DNA from: Fimbriosthenelais zetlandica
Lineage: Eukaryota
Assembly (NCBI GenBank): GCA_977030845.1
Contig: OZ365113.1
Span: forward strand, 39,556,001-39,620,000
Reading direction: 5' to 3'
Length of the DNA stretch: 64,000 nucleotides
Shown here piece after piece: positions 26,001 to 40,770 of the stretch. The stretch's first letter is position 1; each line of letters opens with the position of its first letter. The notes beneath the pieces were generated by a model. The model was not told the DNA's origin and did no database searches. It saw nothing but the letters and a program-made list of their open reading frames with translations. Both the position numbers and the translations under genes were made by a program.

Positions 26001-29000
26001 TGCACATAATCACATTGTGCGCTCATTTCATTAGGTATGCTCAATCTAGCCCTCCCACTGGGATGGGTTTGCTTTGATTCTTTGGCTACCGAACGATTTC
26101 AAGGTATTTAACACCAATTATTTAGTTGTATGTAAATCTATCGGAGATTATTCAAGCATCAACTCCAGACTGGTTGATGGTTGTTGAAGGGGAAATAAGT
26201 ACCGATAGTCTAATTCAATGAACGCGTTTCATAGATGAATTAATTCCTATATGTTACCTCAATTGTTCATTTTGGAGTTTTTCTATGTACCATCAGGGTC
26301 TGAACAAAGTTTCATTACATAAAAGCTATATTTCTTACAATAACGGGATAATTCTCAGCATAATTTGAATTCCGACGTTCTACGAACTTGTCCGAATTCC
26401 CAAGCATTTCAGAAATACCATTGAATATTTTCTCAGATACTTTTTACTTCTTGAAGTAACAGAATTCCCAGAAATTCTCAAATAATTTCTGTCCACGTCT
26501 CGTGTTAAACAGCTTAAGTTATTGACAAACAGCAACAACTGATGATGAGAAACCTGAACTATTCACGATGAAAACAAGACTTGAGTTGAGAGAGTTTGGC
26601 TTCCCAGGCACGTGCTTGCTACAGGCTCCCCCTGCCTGATAGTTATTCCAATAGGAACAAGAAAGGCACCTAAGATATCACCATCCTCCTCTTTTCAACC
26701 ATTCAATCAGTTCTTTGTCTGTCCGACTGGTATGCCATTGAAGCGTGAGAAGATGCTTTGATGACAGAAATCAGAGAAGACAAAAATGGAAAACAGAACA
26801 TGTTATGTACACATACATGCATTCATCTTTCATTTGTGACATTTAATTTCCATGACTTCTTATGGATGCTTTTCCTATCTCTTGCGTGCTGAAACATGAT
26901 GCTTTTGTTATGAGGGAAAAGGCAAAGTGTTATGGTCTTGGAGGCATATGCTTTGAAGGTTTATGAATTGTCATTGGGCTGGCCTTTTCACACCTTTTCA
27001 TTGACTCGACAAAGACCTGCATGACAGCAACCTTTCTGTTTAACTGTTGAGATTGACGAATGGGTCAGAAATCAAATGGCTATAGATCTATAGCTCAGGC
27101 CAGTATAATTATATAAAGAGTTAAAACATCAAGGTTTTTACCTTTGGCCGATTATTCTTCAGCTGAAATTCCAAGCATATAGAAACATGGATTGTGTTAT
27201 ATTATTATCATTCCCCAGCCAGCATTCATTCCCCAACCTACTTCTCACTGACGTACAATTACTCCACACACGAGTTGACAGACCACCCTTCATCCCGAGC
27301 CTCACATCTTATACCCTCAAAGCACCCGTCCATGGAAAAAAAACCTACCAAAGACAGGATTAACTCCCTCTGTTTTGGTTAGCCTAATCCTTTCGTATTA
27401 TCACCGATAGCACCCTACACAATTTTTGCACATGCTTCTTGCCCTCAAAGCGTATTAACTGTGATTTATTTTGTTGTAAAGAACGAACCAAGAAGAAAAG
27501 GATGAAAGTTGGGCCACAGCGCCGCTCACGGGTTGCTATAGAACAAGTGGGGCGGATGTTTACTTTGACCTCATGTCAATCAACTTCCGGAAGAAGGTGT
27601 ATCACGTGGCCTTAGTCCCTGACAAGGATTTTACAATCTTTGAAGATACTAAAACAACCAACTCTCCGGGTAGATTTTATGTTCTCGACATCACCCGACA
27701 ACATCTTACATATTTCTCTGAAATATGGTTCCTGTCCCCGCCTTTCTCCCCGTCTCTCGGCATAAGGAGGCCATTTGTATTTTTGCTGTGAAAACATCGA
27801 AGTAAATATGATTTATAACTGTCCAGTTATACCTGTGATCGATAAGTATGTTTTCAATGCGAGCTCATGGAAATATGGAGCTAGTCACTTGTGTGCACTA
27901 ACTCGAGGTAAAAAGTCAACAAAAAAGAAAAATGTTCGTAACTTGTATCTTATATATCCTTGAAGTTTTTCTCTGGTTGTATAAACCTACAGGATTTGTT
28001 TAGGTTTTCCTCGGGAATAAGAAAACACTTTCAGGATATTCACTTGGTGAATATGGAATAGCTTTACAGTAACATATTGGGTGTGGACATATATTTATGA
28101 GTGTTAATTTCTTCCTTTGTGCATGACTGAGGCATTTTCATTCATATTGCCTATCCATACATGACAATACAAAGTAATATTCACAATCATTGAGGTACAG
28201 GGTGGCCTTCCCTGGGGGGATTACAGGGTCTTTATGTCACCCACTTGTCCTGATTTCACTATTCAAGAGAGAAAAACAAAAGACTAGATACATGTCAAGT
28301 GACCATATTTATAACGCATGCGTAAACTGTCCTGCAAAAAAGCTGCTATAACCTCCACATGACTGCTCAAAGAGAAACGTTCACAGGCTGGATGTCACAG
28401 CCATGCATAGATAGCATATGCTCGCCATGTCATTTCTACATGAGTATACATGTAGAACATGTGGTGTGGAACAGCAGGGAAGCGTGCAGTCACAAGCAGG
28501 TGCTTTGATTTCATTTTGAAACAAGTTCCCTTTAATGTTAATTGCTCAGTCAAAGTAACTAATTGCTACTTTGAACAAAGCATATTCCTGAATTATATCG
28601 ATAGTATAATATTTTCGTAGTAACCGATTTTATCGCAATATTACTGAAAGCAATACGTGTAACGCAATTGTGACTTAATGAGCTCTGGTCACAGATTTAA
28701 TTTTTCTCCCAAAAGATGAAAGTACCCAAAACTGATTAAAAATATAACAATAAAACATAAAACAATTATTATTATTCTACGACTGAGAACCCCCTGTTTC
28801 TGTCACATACAAAGTTGGTGTAAAGTCACCCGCTCCACTTGATTTATAAGGGTGCAGAGACTCTATCGGGGTTAAATGTTTACTTTAGTCCGAGGCCTTT
28901 ACCTTGCCACTTCCCACCCTGGGGTCATCTATACCTTCGCCTCAGTCATTGCCCTCAGGTGACAACAGAAGGTCCAATTATCATGTAATGACCTTCTCAT

Positions 29001-31599
29001 AGAAGAGTCACCTTATGTCTCAACTCCTCCTACCAAGACCTTCCATCTGAACTAAACCTGAACAAAAAAATCTATTAACAAACCTGAGTATCCTCAACTG
29101 TAACAGTTATGCAAGGATTATTTCCACAGCCAGCATGAGGTCTGCTTATAATTGACTAGCTAGAAAGTTAATCATGCCCAATGCTTTAAAATGTCTACAC
29201 CAAACACGCCTCTTGCACTGAGCTGCAGAGCACTTTGCAAAAAGGCTGGCAGTGAAAGACAATGCTTTACCTCTCCAGGCTAATTGAGTCTGACACGCAG
29301 GTCTGCCCACGTTTGGTCCAGGTGACTCTCCCTGGCCCTGGGCCATGTATAAGAAAGCCTCTGCTATGTGTGGCGGCACCTGGTGAGGCTTGACATCATC
29401 TCCGTCTTGGATCTTATCTTCTACTTCCTCACATAGAGCAGACCACAAGATTCAGGTAACAGGTTACCTTGAGTGCGATATCAACCATGCAAAGAAGGCA
29501 CTGATTGTGCGCAATATAAGAATGTGACCCTTTTAAGACCCTTTGTATATTGATGGGATGTCATTGATATAATGCACTGTGAAGACATCCCCATTAAGGC
29601 TGACATCCCCATTAAAGAAGATGCGAAGAGAACCCCATTAAAGCTACATGAAAGTACAAGTGTTTCGCAAATGTTTGAAGATACAATAAAGAGAAAAATG
29701 GGTACGTGTTTTGAAACCAGACTCATCAATTCCATCATAAGTCATTGACATTAAAGCCCACACAAACTCCTACTTGTCAAAACACAAACCATGTGCTCTA
29801 TGGGGTTCTGTTATACCGCCTGAGGACTGCGGCTGACCACGGGCATATTTAAACAGAGGGGCACCCTCACCACATTTACCTGACTGGCCATAATGTTCCT
29901 TTCAAACCCCCAAAATGACCGTATACAACCTTCACCATTCAAACACCCTCCACCATTCTCCCCTCTCCCTCTCTCTCTCCTCTCCCTGGGGCCTACTCTG
30001 TATGGACCAACAACTTCATGGTCGGCTGCACATCCCTATACCTACAGCCACGCGCTTTTCATTGTGGACTAACTTGGCACAGCTTAAAGTGCAGTCATTA
30101 CTGTCCAACCAAAACCTCTAAGTACTTATCCACACCAAAGGGAGCGTCTTAGGTTGTCAACACCACTTAGGCCAAGGTTTTGTCCATAGATATTAGCGAC
30201 TACCCTACCCTTCCATCGCCAGACAATGGGTCCATCGGAATTGATATCCTCAGCATTATTCCCACATATCCCATTCCAATAATCACTCCTTACTCCCTAC
30301 CTAGAAAATAATGGGCCATATGATACAAAGGGCTGATCGCCATACCCGGAACTGTCAAAAGGAATATTAGACATCATCTATACATTTCACCAGGTACATG
30401 TAGCAGGGTTGGTGAAAGGCCGACTTTTCCTTATCACTGTTAATCGATATACCCGTATTTGCAAGGTTTTGGAAACAGACAAATGGCTTTAAGATAAGGG
30501 AAAAGGCAGTTGTTGCATTATATTCTTTTCCATATTAGAAACATATAGATACAGCTGTGGTGCAATCTGCCTAAAGTAGTGGCAACAAAGCCACAAATTG
30601 TTGCAGATTGCATTTCGTAGTCAGAATCCATGGTCCAAGGCACGCGTTGTACAAAGAACATAAAGAAGGGTGCAATCACCAATTGAAAATGCCACTCAAA
30701 TCAGCTCTACACACATTGGTGTATGTCGTTCTTGTATCCTTTTGCCTATAGCCCCTGGCTCTTACCCCAGATTATGCCATCTGCAAAGAACCGACTTACT
30801 CTTTAAGCAGTGATTCCTGTTTGGGATAAAGCATGAGTGCAATACTAAACCTAAATCCCAAACACAAATATATGAAAGTTGGGGCTTTGTCAAGGCCACT
30901 ACAACTTGGGACATCGGACTTGGGGTTTTCGCCGCAGCATCGTGGTCATTGAAGACCCCACTGGTGCTTTAGGGATAGGACACTGCATAAAGGCATCAAA
31001 GGCTATCAAGGGTTTGTAGGAGTTGATTCTGTATTTACAATATTGACCATTATCAAAGGATTTGTCTCTAATAGGGAAGAGGGTTTTATAGGGATTCACA
31101 CCTTTAAACATCTGGGGTCTATAGAATATGAAACCCTCTAGATGGTGATTTCCCTTGTGTGCTTTATGAAGGTGATGGGGACGGGGATCTGAAGTGTCCT
31201 GCTGCACAGATGCATCACTTTCCTGTAGTTAGGTATCTCAATAGTGTCGTATATTACCTGGTGATTCTTCAATAGATTCTGTCAAACGGAAACATGAGAC
31301 CTTGCCCATCTCAACTGCCCGAGTTGAAACATTAAGAAATTCAACTTGAACACACGCTTTAGAAAGCCATGGAAAGAAAGATGTGTGTAATAACACTCCA
31401 CAAAAAAGGCTGTAACATGATACGAATCTGTAGTTCCTCATAATTCACTTTGAGACGTGTTGTTCAGATATTTTTTTTTAAAGAATTGCACAGTAGTGAT
31501 TTCATCCATATATTTTTTTTATTGGATGTAACTCTTTCAACTCACAACAACTGATAAATGAAGAGAAACCTGACAACAATCTGACCCCGTCCCTTAACC

Positions 31600-31720
31600 C
31601 GCTGACCTGTGACGTCATGATCCAGTGACGCCAGACGCTGGGCCATTTAGCTCTCGCGAGATCTCGCTGAGCTCGCCACCTGGTGCGCGTGAACAAGGCG
31701 AGCGATAATTGGGCTGATGG
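31600..31720. promoter_or_regulatory. CpG-rich candidate cis-element between B and C: CRE (31610..31617), CTCF-like GCACCAGGTGGCGA (minus, 31673..31686), overlapping E-box CACCTG
   Basis: Motifs read directly in a local CpG-dense patch; function inferred. Confidence 0.35.
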
Positions 31721-31991
31721 TAAGGATCGCTGACCCGGAACTTGAACCAGAAAAGCGTCGGAGTTGTCGAGCAGTGATTATATAACTCAGCAAGTCTGGG
31801 GGGTGAATTCTCACAGGGGTGGATCCCATTGAGGAGTCCCCGGGACCCCCCCTGGTGTGAGGAGCTGTAAATGGCACAGTTACCTGTACTCGCACCTGCT
31901 GGCTTCCCCTTGTTCCTACCTCGCCTGTATCAGTTTTCACCTGGTTGGGTCCCTAGTGGCCAGGTGAGAGAAAGAGAGGGCAGTATGAAGA

Positions 31992-32045
31992 GGTGGGGTG
32001 GGCAGGGTGGGAGGAGGGGGTGGGGTGGGCAGGGTGGGAGGAGGG
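31992..32045 (+). repeat. 27-bp G-rich tandem duplication GGTGGGGTGGGCAGGGTGGGAGGAGGG x2
   Basis: Two exact copies, multiple G3-G5 runs. Confidence 0.85.
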
Positions 32046-35000
32046 GGAGGGCCTGGGGAGAGCTCCCTAAAGAGTAACACTCTTATCCACACACCAACAA
32101 CCACAGTAAATTAGAGGTATTTACACTGCCGTATTATTCCCGACTAAATCTTGATAGAAATGGATGTGAATGCAACAGGGTCTTGTAAATAAAGGCGCCT
32201 GCTTTGTGGTGCAGGTAAATTAAATGTCACAGTGTTAAAAGAGCCCATAGAATGAAGGGACGCTGTAGAGGTGCATCTTTAAGGGGCTAATTCTTATGTA
32301 ACTGACACCTTTTATTTGCGTCAGAACTGGAACTTACATCCCTTTGCAATATTAGAATCTTTGGCAACCATAATACAACAGTACTAGCGATATATCTTGT
32401 ATATATACAAGAACACATCTTTCGCATATTAAAAACATTTATTCGCTTAGGAATTCATTTATTCCAGACTAATTTAATCCGAACTTCAAAAGTAAAAGGA
32501 ATGCTTCCAGATTTAAGATTTACATGTCATGAATATATGATGAGGCAAACCTATTTTTTTCTAGATGAAATCTACGTTCATTTGTTGGAACGATGCCACA
32601 AAATGCACAATACTATTCCCGGAATAATAGTCCCAAGGAAGTGTATAGGTTTAAGTAGGTTTCTCTATTATGGGAACCAACAATAATTCAAAAGATCCGC
32701 GAACTAGAATATTTAATGAAGCGTTCTAAACCTGTAGAATACCTGTAGATTGTTGGCAGGTTTAGCCTGTTGTACCCATTGACCCTGTGTACCTTTTTTC
32801 TACGGACAAAGCTTTAATCAGATTAGCCACAGAAAGAGAAAGATGCATAAGAATGTCCTTTAAAAAGAGAACCAAGCCTCCTCATCTTTTCAAAGAGTTC
32901 TGCTGAGGTATTGAGAAGTTCTGCTGGGTGGGGGTCAAACAATTGGGGGCGTTGACATGTCCATGTTGGACACGATGGTCAGTGATGCTTGGCGTGAGGA
33001 GTGACCAATACAACATGAGCCTGGTCATGCCTGATTAACCTTAACATGAATACATGCACCATGTTCATAGAAATCATGATTAGAGTGCGCTCCCTCTTGG
33101 CATGTTCCTGGTGGACAACTTTTCCTGAATCACTCAGGTGTTGGGCTTGAGGGCACTGACCTCTTATATAGCTCACTGACCACTGGTCAGCAGTGGACAA
33201 AGGCAGGCTTATTGCTGTTATGAAATCATAATGGGCCATACATATGTGCTTCATGGAAGGAATAATGTTCATTGCATGTGTGTCTGTGGCACTGGCCATG
33301 ACCAATGGTCAAACATGGAATCTCAAGGCAGTTTCCTGGCACTCCTTTGTGTCCAAGACATTTCCAGATGACCAGAGCTCAGACGCGTCCCGCCCATGAA
33401 ACACGAAGAGAAATATAATATGCGCGTCCATTAAATGAAGTATGAAATCATACACCAAGCAGTCCGTGAGATATGGACCTGTGCCTCTAATATTGACCAC
33501 TGCATGGAAACTTTGAACTCTGTTAAGGCCTCGATGGACGCAGGTATGCTGCTGAGACTATCAAAGGCCCTCCACAAACCCTGAACTCTGAATGACTGAT
33601 TGGAAGGGACCATAGGCCTAATTAATATCCTAATCATAATGCCCCTACTGAGTCAAAAACATCCGCGACCTTCTGTGTTTAAGGACTTAATTATATAATT
33701 TCAGTTGTTAAAGTCCCATGGAACTTTGAAGCCTACTTGAAAGGAAAGCACAGACTCTTTTAGCCTGCGGGGGATTTCAGGTTGATGATCAGCGCACTAG
33801 CATTAGGAAATAAGCTTTTCTAAAGCCCCCACATGGATATCTGACCATTAGGACCTTTTCGCTGTTTGTGGTCTGACCCTTCTGCCATAAACCACTGGTA
33901 TGCCAAACGCTCCGCATATAATTCACTAATCTGAGTATTAGCACTAATATATAGGTACATCGAGTGTAATCACTACCCACCAACTGTTACCCTCGCATGT
34001 TTCCTCCATGTTTAGGTGTAGGGGTTACCGCTATGGCCCTATACGGCACATGATGCATGAGCACGGAGCATGAGGGTATGGTCGACTATAAATGCAATAT
34101 TCAACCACTTTTCTCACTGAGAGAAAAAGTTTTGGACAATTAGTATAAGGGGAAATAAGAATTAAAAAATTTGTAATTGATGCAAGTTAACTGGTTGAAA
34201 TATATATTCCGAAGTCGGAGCAGAATTTATGCGCTGGGAATCATTTAAAAATACGGTACAGTAAAGCTTTACAATACCGAAATAATTTCTTCGATTAGAG
34301 ACATTATTAGCCCAGCCTATCCATCTATCGGGCAGAAATTAAATTCATAGACCACCATGCAATAAATCACGTTGACAATACAATGGAAATTAAAGATGTA
34401 ATCATACTATCAGTTTCAATGGCGATCTGAATTCACTGCGGTTCATAATGGACCACATCTATTGTAAGTGTCTCGATAAATCCGAGGGCTGAAGGGGAGG
34501 AGAAGGCCAGAGAAGGCAGAAGGGCTACTAGGAAACTTAAACATAGACTTGTGGTTTGGGGCTAAATTTCAGGTGGGACGGACCTGTGGCAGGGCCCACC
34601 TGCCCATGACACGCATCGTGCGCGCGCAGCTCCCCCACCCACCCCTTTCCATCCCTAAATTCTTATATTATCGCCCAACTTGCACGCTTCAGTGTACAAC
34701 AATGGGTAGGGAGACGCAGATGGCTAGGGCGCTTGCTGGAATGGTGCGCTTGCGCACTATACAACTTGTTGAGCGTCCAGTGGTTGCCATGGCACCTGCG
34801 TTTTTAAGGTGTAAACAGCCCAAAGAAAAACGAAAAAAAATATATTGAAGGACTCCAAACCCGCATCTTGTATAATAGGGCCATTCATACTGAGAAATGT
34901 GAGTGGAGATGATGTTTATTACTGTGTTATGTCGTTGGGTTTATCTGTAGGTGTGTGTTTACAATGGGTGTAGGGCTGTGCCAAAAAATCACGCCTCCTC

Positions 35001-37358
35001 TTGGGTAGATTGGTCTGAGCGGGAGAAAGGTGCATAGATTGCTATCCACCGCGGAACTGCTGTCGGCGGATAACTGGGCAGGCCTATGTTATATGAAGCC
35101 CCTATCGGTAGAACGAGGTTTCTTAATTTTAAAGTTCAGAAAAGCATGAAGCAGCATGTATAGGCGATATATTCAAGCGTTCTTTTTTGCATATCATTCA
35201 AAGATTTTGGTTTGGAAACTGAAATATCTTTTTGACCATAATATTTTACAGCTTCTATTCTCTTCTATTGTTAAATCTTGCAAAGTTCTTTTGTGATGCT
35301 TTTGTGAACATTTGTGGATTGAAGGGAATTACACACTGTCAATGTATGAAGGGTGATTATCAGGCAATTTAAAGGGATTGAGATTATAGGGGTATTATTG
35401 ACCCTCGTTTACGATTCCTCACTCCCGTCTCAAATTCATTTCCAATCCACACAAAAGACAACAGAAGAAGAGGAGTGTGTTAAGTAGGGAGGCCAAATAT
35501 GTACTTTTCTTTTCTCTCTCGCCGCAAACAACCTTGTAAACACCACCGAGAACAATTGAATTACGCAGAATATATCACAGAACCTGTTAGAATAGGCGGA
35601 CAATAGGCCGCTTAGAGTCCCATCTATTGTTACTCATTTCTCAGATGTAGACCTAACCATCGTTTGAAGTGGGGGAATGACGTAAGTGACAGACGCTATC
35701 TCCGCTGTCCGCTACCTCAGCAAAGCGACCTCTTGAAAAGATTAAACAGAGCTCGTTATTCCCACACCAAAAGACGAGCCAAATAAGGGGAAATAAATTG
35801 GCCAAATTATCTTCCTGTGAAGGATACCGCCTCGCTTTCGCAGCGCCTTGCCGTAAACCGGCCTGTTACGACACCAAAGTGAATCCGACGATTGTCAACA
35901 GGTGTCGCGACAGTGTGCGCTGCAAGGCCGGGAGAGTAGTATACAGGAAAGGGGGGTTCGGGGTTCAGTTTGGGAGGGAAGGGCCAGATGCCCTCTTTCT
36001 TTTGTAGGCCGTCTAGACTCCGCCCCTTTTGTATAGATATAGACGGGGGTAGATAGGGGTGAAGGCTATATGTGGGGTGTGGGTGGGGGCTAGGGAGGTA
36101 GTAATCCTGGTAGAAAGTCTGGGAGGAGTGCAGGTTTGGCAGTGACCACCTGCCCGGTTCCACACCTGTGCATATATTAGCCAGGCTCCGAGGCCCTTTG
36201 TACCTGCCAAACAATGGAGGTCACTCATGTGGAACTGGCGCCGGCAGGTTTTCATGGAAGGCCAGGAAATGCCAAGAAATGCGCCAAAACATAACGATTT
36301 TTCAGTCCCGCAAGACCGCTTCTCCCTTCCGCGACAGATGACTGCACTACATAATATTGAATAATAATGAATGCAATATTCCCAAGGAATGAGAATATCT
36401 CATTAAAAGGGCCAATTGGTGCCAGAAAGTAGCTCATGCATTGCTCAATAGTAACCAAATAATGTCACTTACTTATGGAAATTGAAGTTAATGTGTTGGT
36501 TTCGAAATACAATTAAGGGATAATAAGTAAGTTGAAAACTATTATAGAAATATTAGTTTCGTCTCTCATGCAATCCTTATTATACCATCATGGCAAACAT
36601 ATGTATACTAATTGCAGTAAGTTTGTAATATTGAAATTATTAGAGCTACAAGGCTCCCACATAAGCCATATTTCCGCAGTATCCGAGAAAAAACAGCAAC
36701 TTATTTACAGGTATTTAGATATCCTATCCGTTTAAGGAAAACTTCAATGATTACAGCCTTAAAGATTAAATATTGACATAAGATAAATGAACAAGTTTGG
36801 ACCTTATCAGGGACAACCAGCTATAGCACAGACAGTCGATATCAGCTGGCAATACTTAAGCACTTGAACCATTCTCAATGTCAACATACTGAATAAAGTC
36901 CTTCACACGGGAACTAAATGTGCGTTCAGATCCCAAACCATTAAAAGGCAAGCAGGTGATGTGATTGGAGAGAGAGTGGGTTTTATACTTTATCAATTGA
37001 GGCGCGTCGGGTGGTGGGATATAGTTCGGGGCACTTCGCGGCCCGGCCAGATGATGTGTATCGAGGCTGGTGCCAGCCTTTGTTCCCCTCTACTTGTTGA
37101 TATTTGGCATGACACGCACCTGCCTATTTCCTGGATGCCTGATAAGCCCAAATGCATTCTCATATATAAAGTGGCATTATAACACACACAGGAGGTGTGG
37201 TTTAGTGATTGGAATGATATATGATTGTACATGGCAGCAGTGTATTATAATGTACGTATAGGGGAGGGGTGGGGTCCCGGGGTGGGGTAAAGTGGGCGGG
37301 AATGATCACCATATCAATACCTATGCATCATTGCATGGGGTAGGAAGGGATAGTGGGT

Positions 37359-37379
37359 GGGGGGGGGGGGGGGGGGGGG
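37359..37379 (+). repeat. Poly-G tract (21 G) in a G-rich block
   Basis: Direct count; homopolymer length may be uncertain in the assembly. Confidence 0.85.
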
Positions 37380-37936
37380 ATGGGTGTGGGTATTGGCACG
37401 CGTCAGGTGGTCACAGATCATTAGTATGAACTTGGCACGGTCCTGTTGATTATCAGGTGCTTATTAGCCTGGAAATCTACCCTCCTTATCTACCTTATCT
37501 ACCTTGTCTTCCAGGTATAAGAGGTGATTATATTCCCCGCCCTTACTGCCCACCTCTCACGAACGTCCGGGCTCGGGTCGGTACAAGTCTCCAGATAGGC
37601 CGGCCTACTTAATTGATTTGAAATATATTGAGCACTTTACGCAGATATGCGGGTGTTCAAAAAGTCTTTCATTCAGACTCATTGATTTTCCGTCTTTCAC
37701 GATATGAAATGTAGAAGAATGTAGGCTTTCTTTAGTTGTACGCTCCAATAATTATATATACCCCCATGTGACAGGGAATCATTCTGCAATTTAGGCCAAA
37801 TATCATGGAAAATTGGCCTACATATGATAATAAACAGGGCCAAATGGGAAGTCCGGGATTCTTTTTTTTTTGTTCACAAGGCGAATAGGCCCAACTTGAT
37901 TTAAAAGGAATTTTAAAAGACGTCTGGCTACATGTA

Positions 37937-38016
37937 CAGTCTGTTCACTCTAAGTTGATCCGAAACCACAGTAAATGCATGGTGGTTTCGGTAACTTAGA
38001 GTGAACAGCTAGACTG
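37937..38016. mobile_element. 80-bp Tc1/mariner-type mini-element (TA-CAGT...ACTG-TA)
   Basis: Left arm CAGTCTGTTCACTCTAAGTTGATCCGAAACCAC pairs with right arm GTGGTTTCGGTAACTTAGAGTGAACAGCTAGACTG, with two small indels. Flanked by TA at 37935-36 and 38017-18. Confidence 0.7.
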
Positions 38017-40005
38017 TATAAACTTCAATGCCTACACATATTGTCCCATTTATATACTACATGGGAAAGTCTCTTTGAATTTCAATATGCATCTGGCACG
38101 TCGTTACGTTGCTACCGTTGACGACGTGTATCCAGGATGCGTCCAGTGATTGTTTTTCACGCCGTCACGGCCCGGCGTCAGGCGTATCGCTAATCCCCAA
38201 ATTCCGCTCCAATTTTCCCCGCGAAAATGTTGTCCCAAGTTATAGAAAACGAAGGCAATCCAATGTCCCATTGAAGGCAGGGGGTAAAAGTTTTGAACTG
38301 GGCAGAAAGCTTGGTTAGAATGACAAGATAACAAGATGTAGGCCTTTAAGAATTACGCACGGCATTGATTCAGAAATGAAAATCCAATCCACTTGGAAGA
38401 TCGTGATTGAGGCTATTTTTTTTCATTTTCTAAGCCCTCACTTTTCAACATTTAGGTTGAAATGTTGAATAAGTTTATTCAGGGTAATTTAGTGTATATT
38501 TGATTGTTGATAAAAGCACAGATTTATTTCGTCCCTATATATAGGCCTATATATTGAACAGACGCAGTAAGTATTTAACTCTATTTTATTTAGGCCTAGA
38601 TATATATATAGGCCTATATTTGTATCCCTTGAATTAAATGGACTTTTTAAGACATGAGTTAGACATGAGTTCCAGGTGCCGGTGAACTTGTCACCAACAA
38701 GTGTTTTATCAGCCTCTCGTTGGCAGAAGGCGGGTATCAGCATTTGGTGCCTTATGGCACTTCCCCTTCCATAATGCCGAGAAATGACGTCCCTAGAACA
38801 ATATGGCTCAGCAGAAGGAATTCTGACATCGCTGACACGTCATCAACATCGTCGCGCGCACACACAAGCGAGTGTCATCCTTCTTCCCGGCAGGTGAGGA
38901 ACGAGATGCCATGAAATGCCATAGAAATCCGAGAAGTGCCCAGCCTGACGGCAGGTCATCGGCACGCGAGCTCCCGTTGTCTCGCGAGAATCCAAGCGAG
39001 ACCTCCGGTCATCAAAGTACATCATCTGGCGTTGGTCTCGTGCCGCTCTACTGCGCAGGCGCGGCCGCACGTGCCACAATACTTCCGTTCAGGTCTGCTG
39101 CGCGCGCAGTTTGAAAAAGGGGCCTGGGAGAGGACACAATAGAAAGCCCCCATCGGGGACAGGGGGGCAACTGGCTAACAAGAAGTGGGCGCTATATATA
39201 CATATAGGGGTATTAGAAAGTGGGGTGCGAGGCACATGCATTGCTTGTATCGAAGGGTGAGAGAAAAGGGGGTGATACTTAGTGGAGGGCTTCGCACGAC
39301 AAGGGGGATGGTAAAGACATATACACACCAGCTGGTTATTCACCCAGCTGGATTCTAGTCAACCCAAAGCATAATAAAAGTCCCGTTGTCTGCCCCTATG
39401 GGGTGTCAACCCACCCCGTTATCATGGATTGTCTCCATATCAATCAGTGATAAAGTTCCCACACCCCGTCACCCACCAAAAGGTCACAGTCCCATAATGG
39501 TTGTATATAAGTCTTTCTAAAAGCCTTCTATTGTTCGTATTGTGTGGCGGTCATTAAGACAATGCCTATGACATCCACATGTTTCCCTTATACCTCTATA
39601 AGTAAATTAAAAGCGCGTGACACGATGGCTCGAGGGGCCAGATGATAAACTGAAGGGAGGTGTCATCATTCTGATACTGCCTTAAACCAATACCCCTCCC
39701 CATCCCCATCCCCGGCAGCATCACCCCCTACCCAGCATCAGCAGCAGCATCTCTCCCATCTCCCCATAATAATTGTTCCACACAAAAATGTCAACTGAGA
39801 CAAAGCAACCTTATAGTGGAAGGTTGTCAGGTGTTATGAGCTATTGCCAGGTGTAGCTCCTGCTTGACACGCGCCACTCTCCCGTTTTGTATCCTATGGC
39901 TTATCTCTCCACTCAATGAAGCTTACTGACTAACCTCTGGCATTGTCATATATATGGCCATTAACCCCAGAGTTAGGGGTTAATCTCTTGGTTAAAGGGT
40001 ATATA

Positions 40006-40718
40006 TTTATTTAGGAATACGGGAATACCAAGATGGGAATGCAGAAGTACAGGAGAACAGGCCTTGAAGGCATGCCCTTTGTATGGACCTGAATTATTCA
40101 ATTGGCATCGATTAGAGTAAAATGGTTTGGGTAGATGAAGTAAGATCGGGCAGTTAATATCAACAATGGTTCCCATTAAAGTAATAAGGCGCGGAAATTC
40201 TTTCTCAGAGAAAAGTACTTTTATTCTCCTGTTATATAAATATTATTTTATAACTACACCATTTGGAGGATGTAAAGAACTAATGAGATCCTTAACAATG
40301 ATAACTTACAACTTTTATCAAAGAATATATAACTGTATGCATGTAATGTGCAAAACAGCCAAACCGATCTAAAATGTAGCACGTGTGAGCATAAAACAAT
40401 CATAGCTTTGTTTTATATTTAATCAAAGGTACATTTAGTGTTTTCTCAGTGTGTATTATCATATAATTAGTGTACATATGACCAAACATATAAAACGATT
40501 GCTTCCTATAGAGCAGGAAAAAACAACTTTTCACGTCAACAGAGAACATTGCCTGGCTTACCCAACCATAACAATCATAAATATATGTGTGAAAACATAT
40601 CAAACACAACTTTGTAACTTGTTCCTGTTAGGTATTGTATAGTTTTTGTTAATGATATGTGTGATGTGTTGTGGAAGGTTTGCGTCATTCCTTTAATAAT
40701 GTTTGTTTGCAGTTTATT
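40006..40718 (-). terminator. Candidate polyadenylation signals of paralog C (AATAAA at 40713..40718, 40220..40225, 40006..40011)
   Basis: Three AATAAA hexamers on the minus strand downstream of the stop; which is used is unknown. Confidence 0.3.
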
Positions 40719-40770
40719 TGTTGGAAATGGTACACAATTTAAGTGTTCTTTGGCACGTTAATCACGTGGA

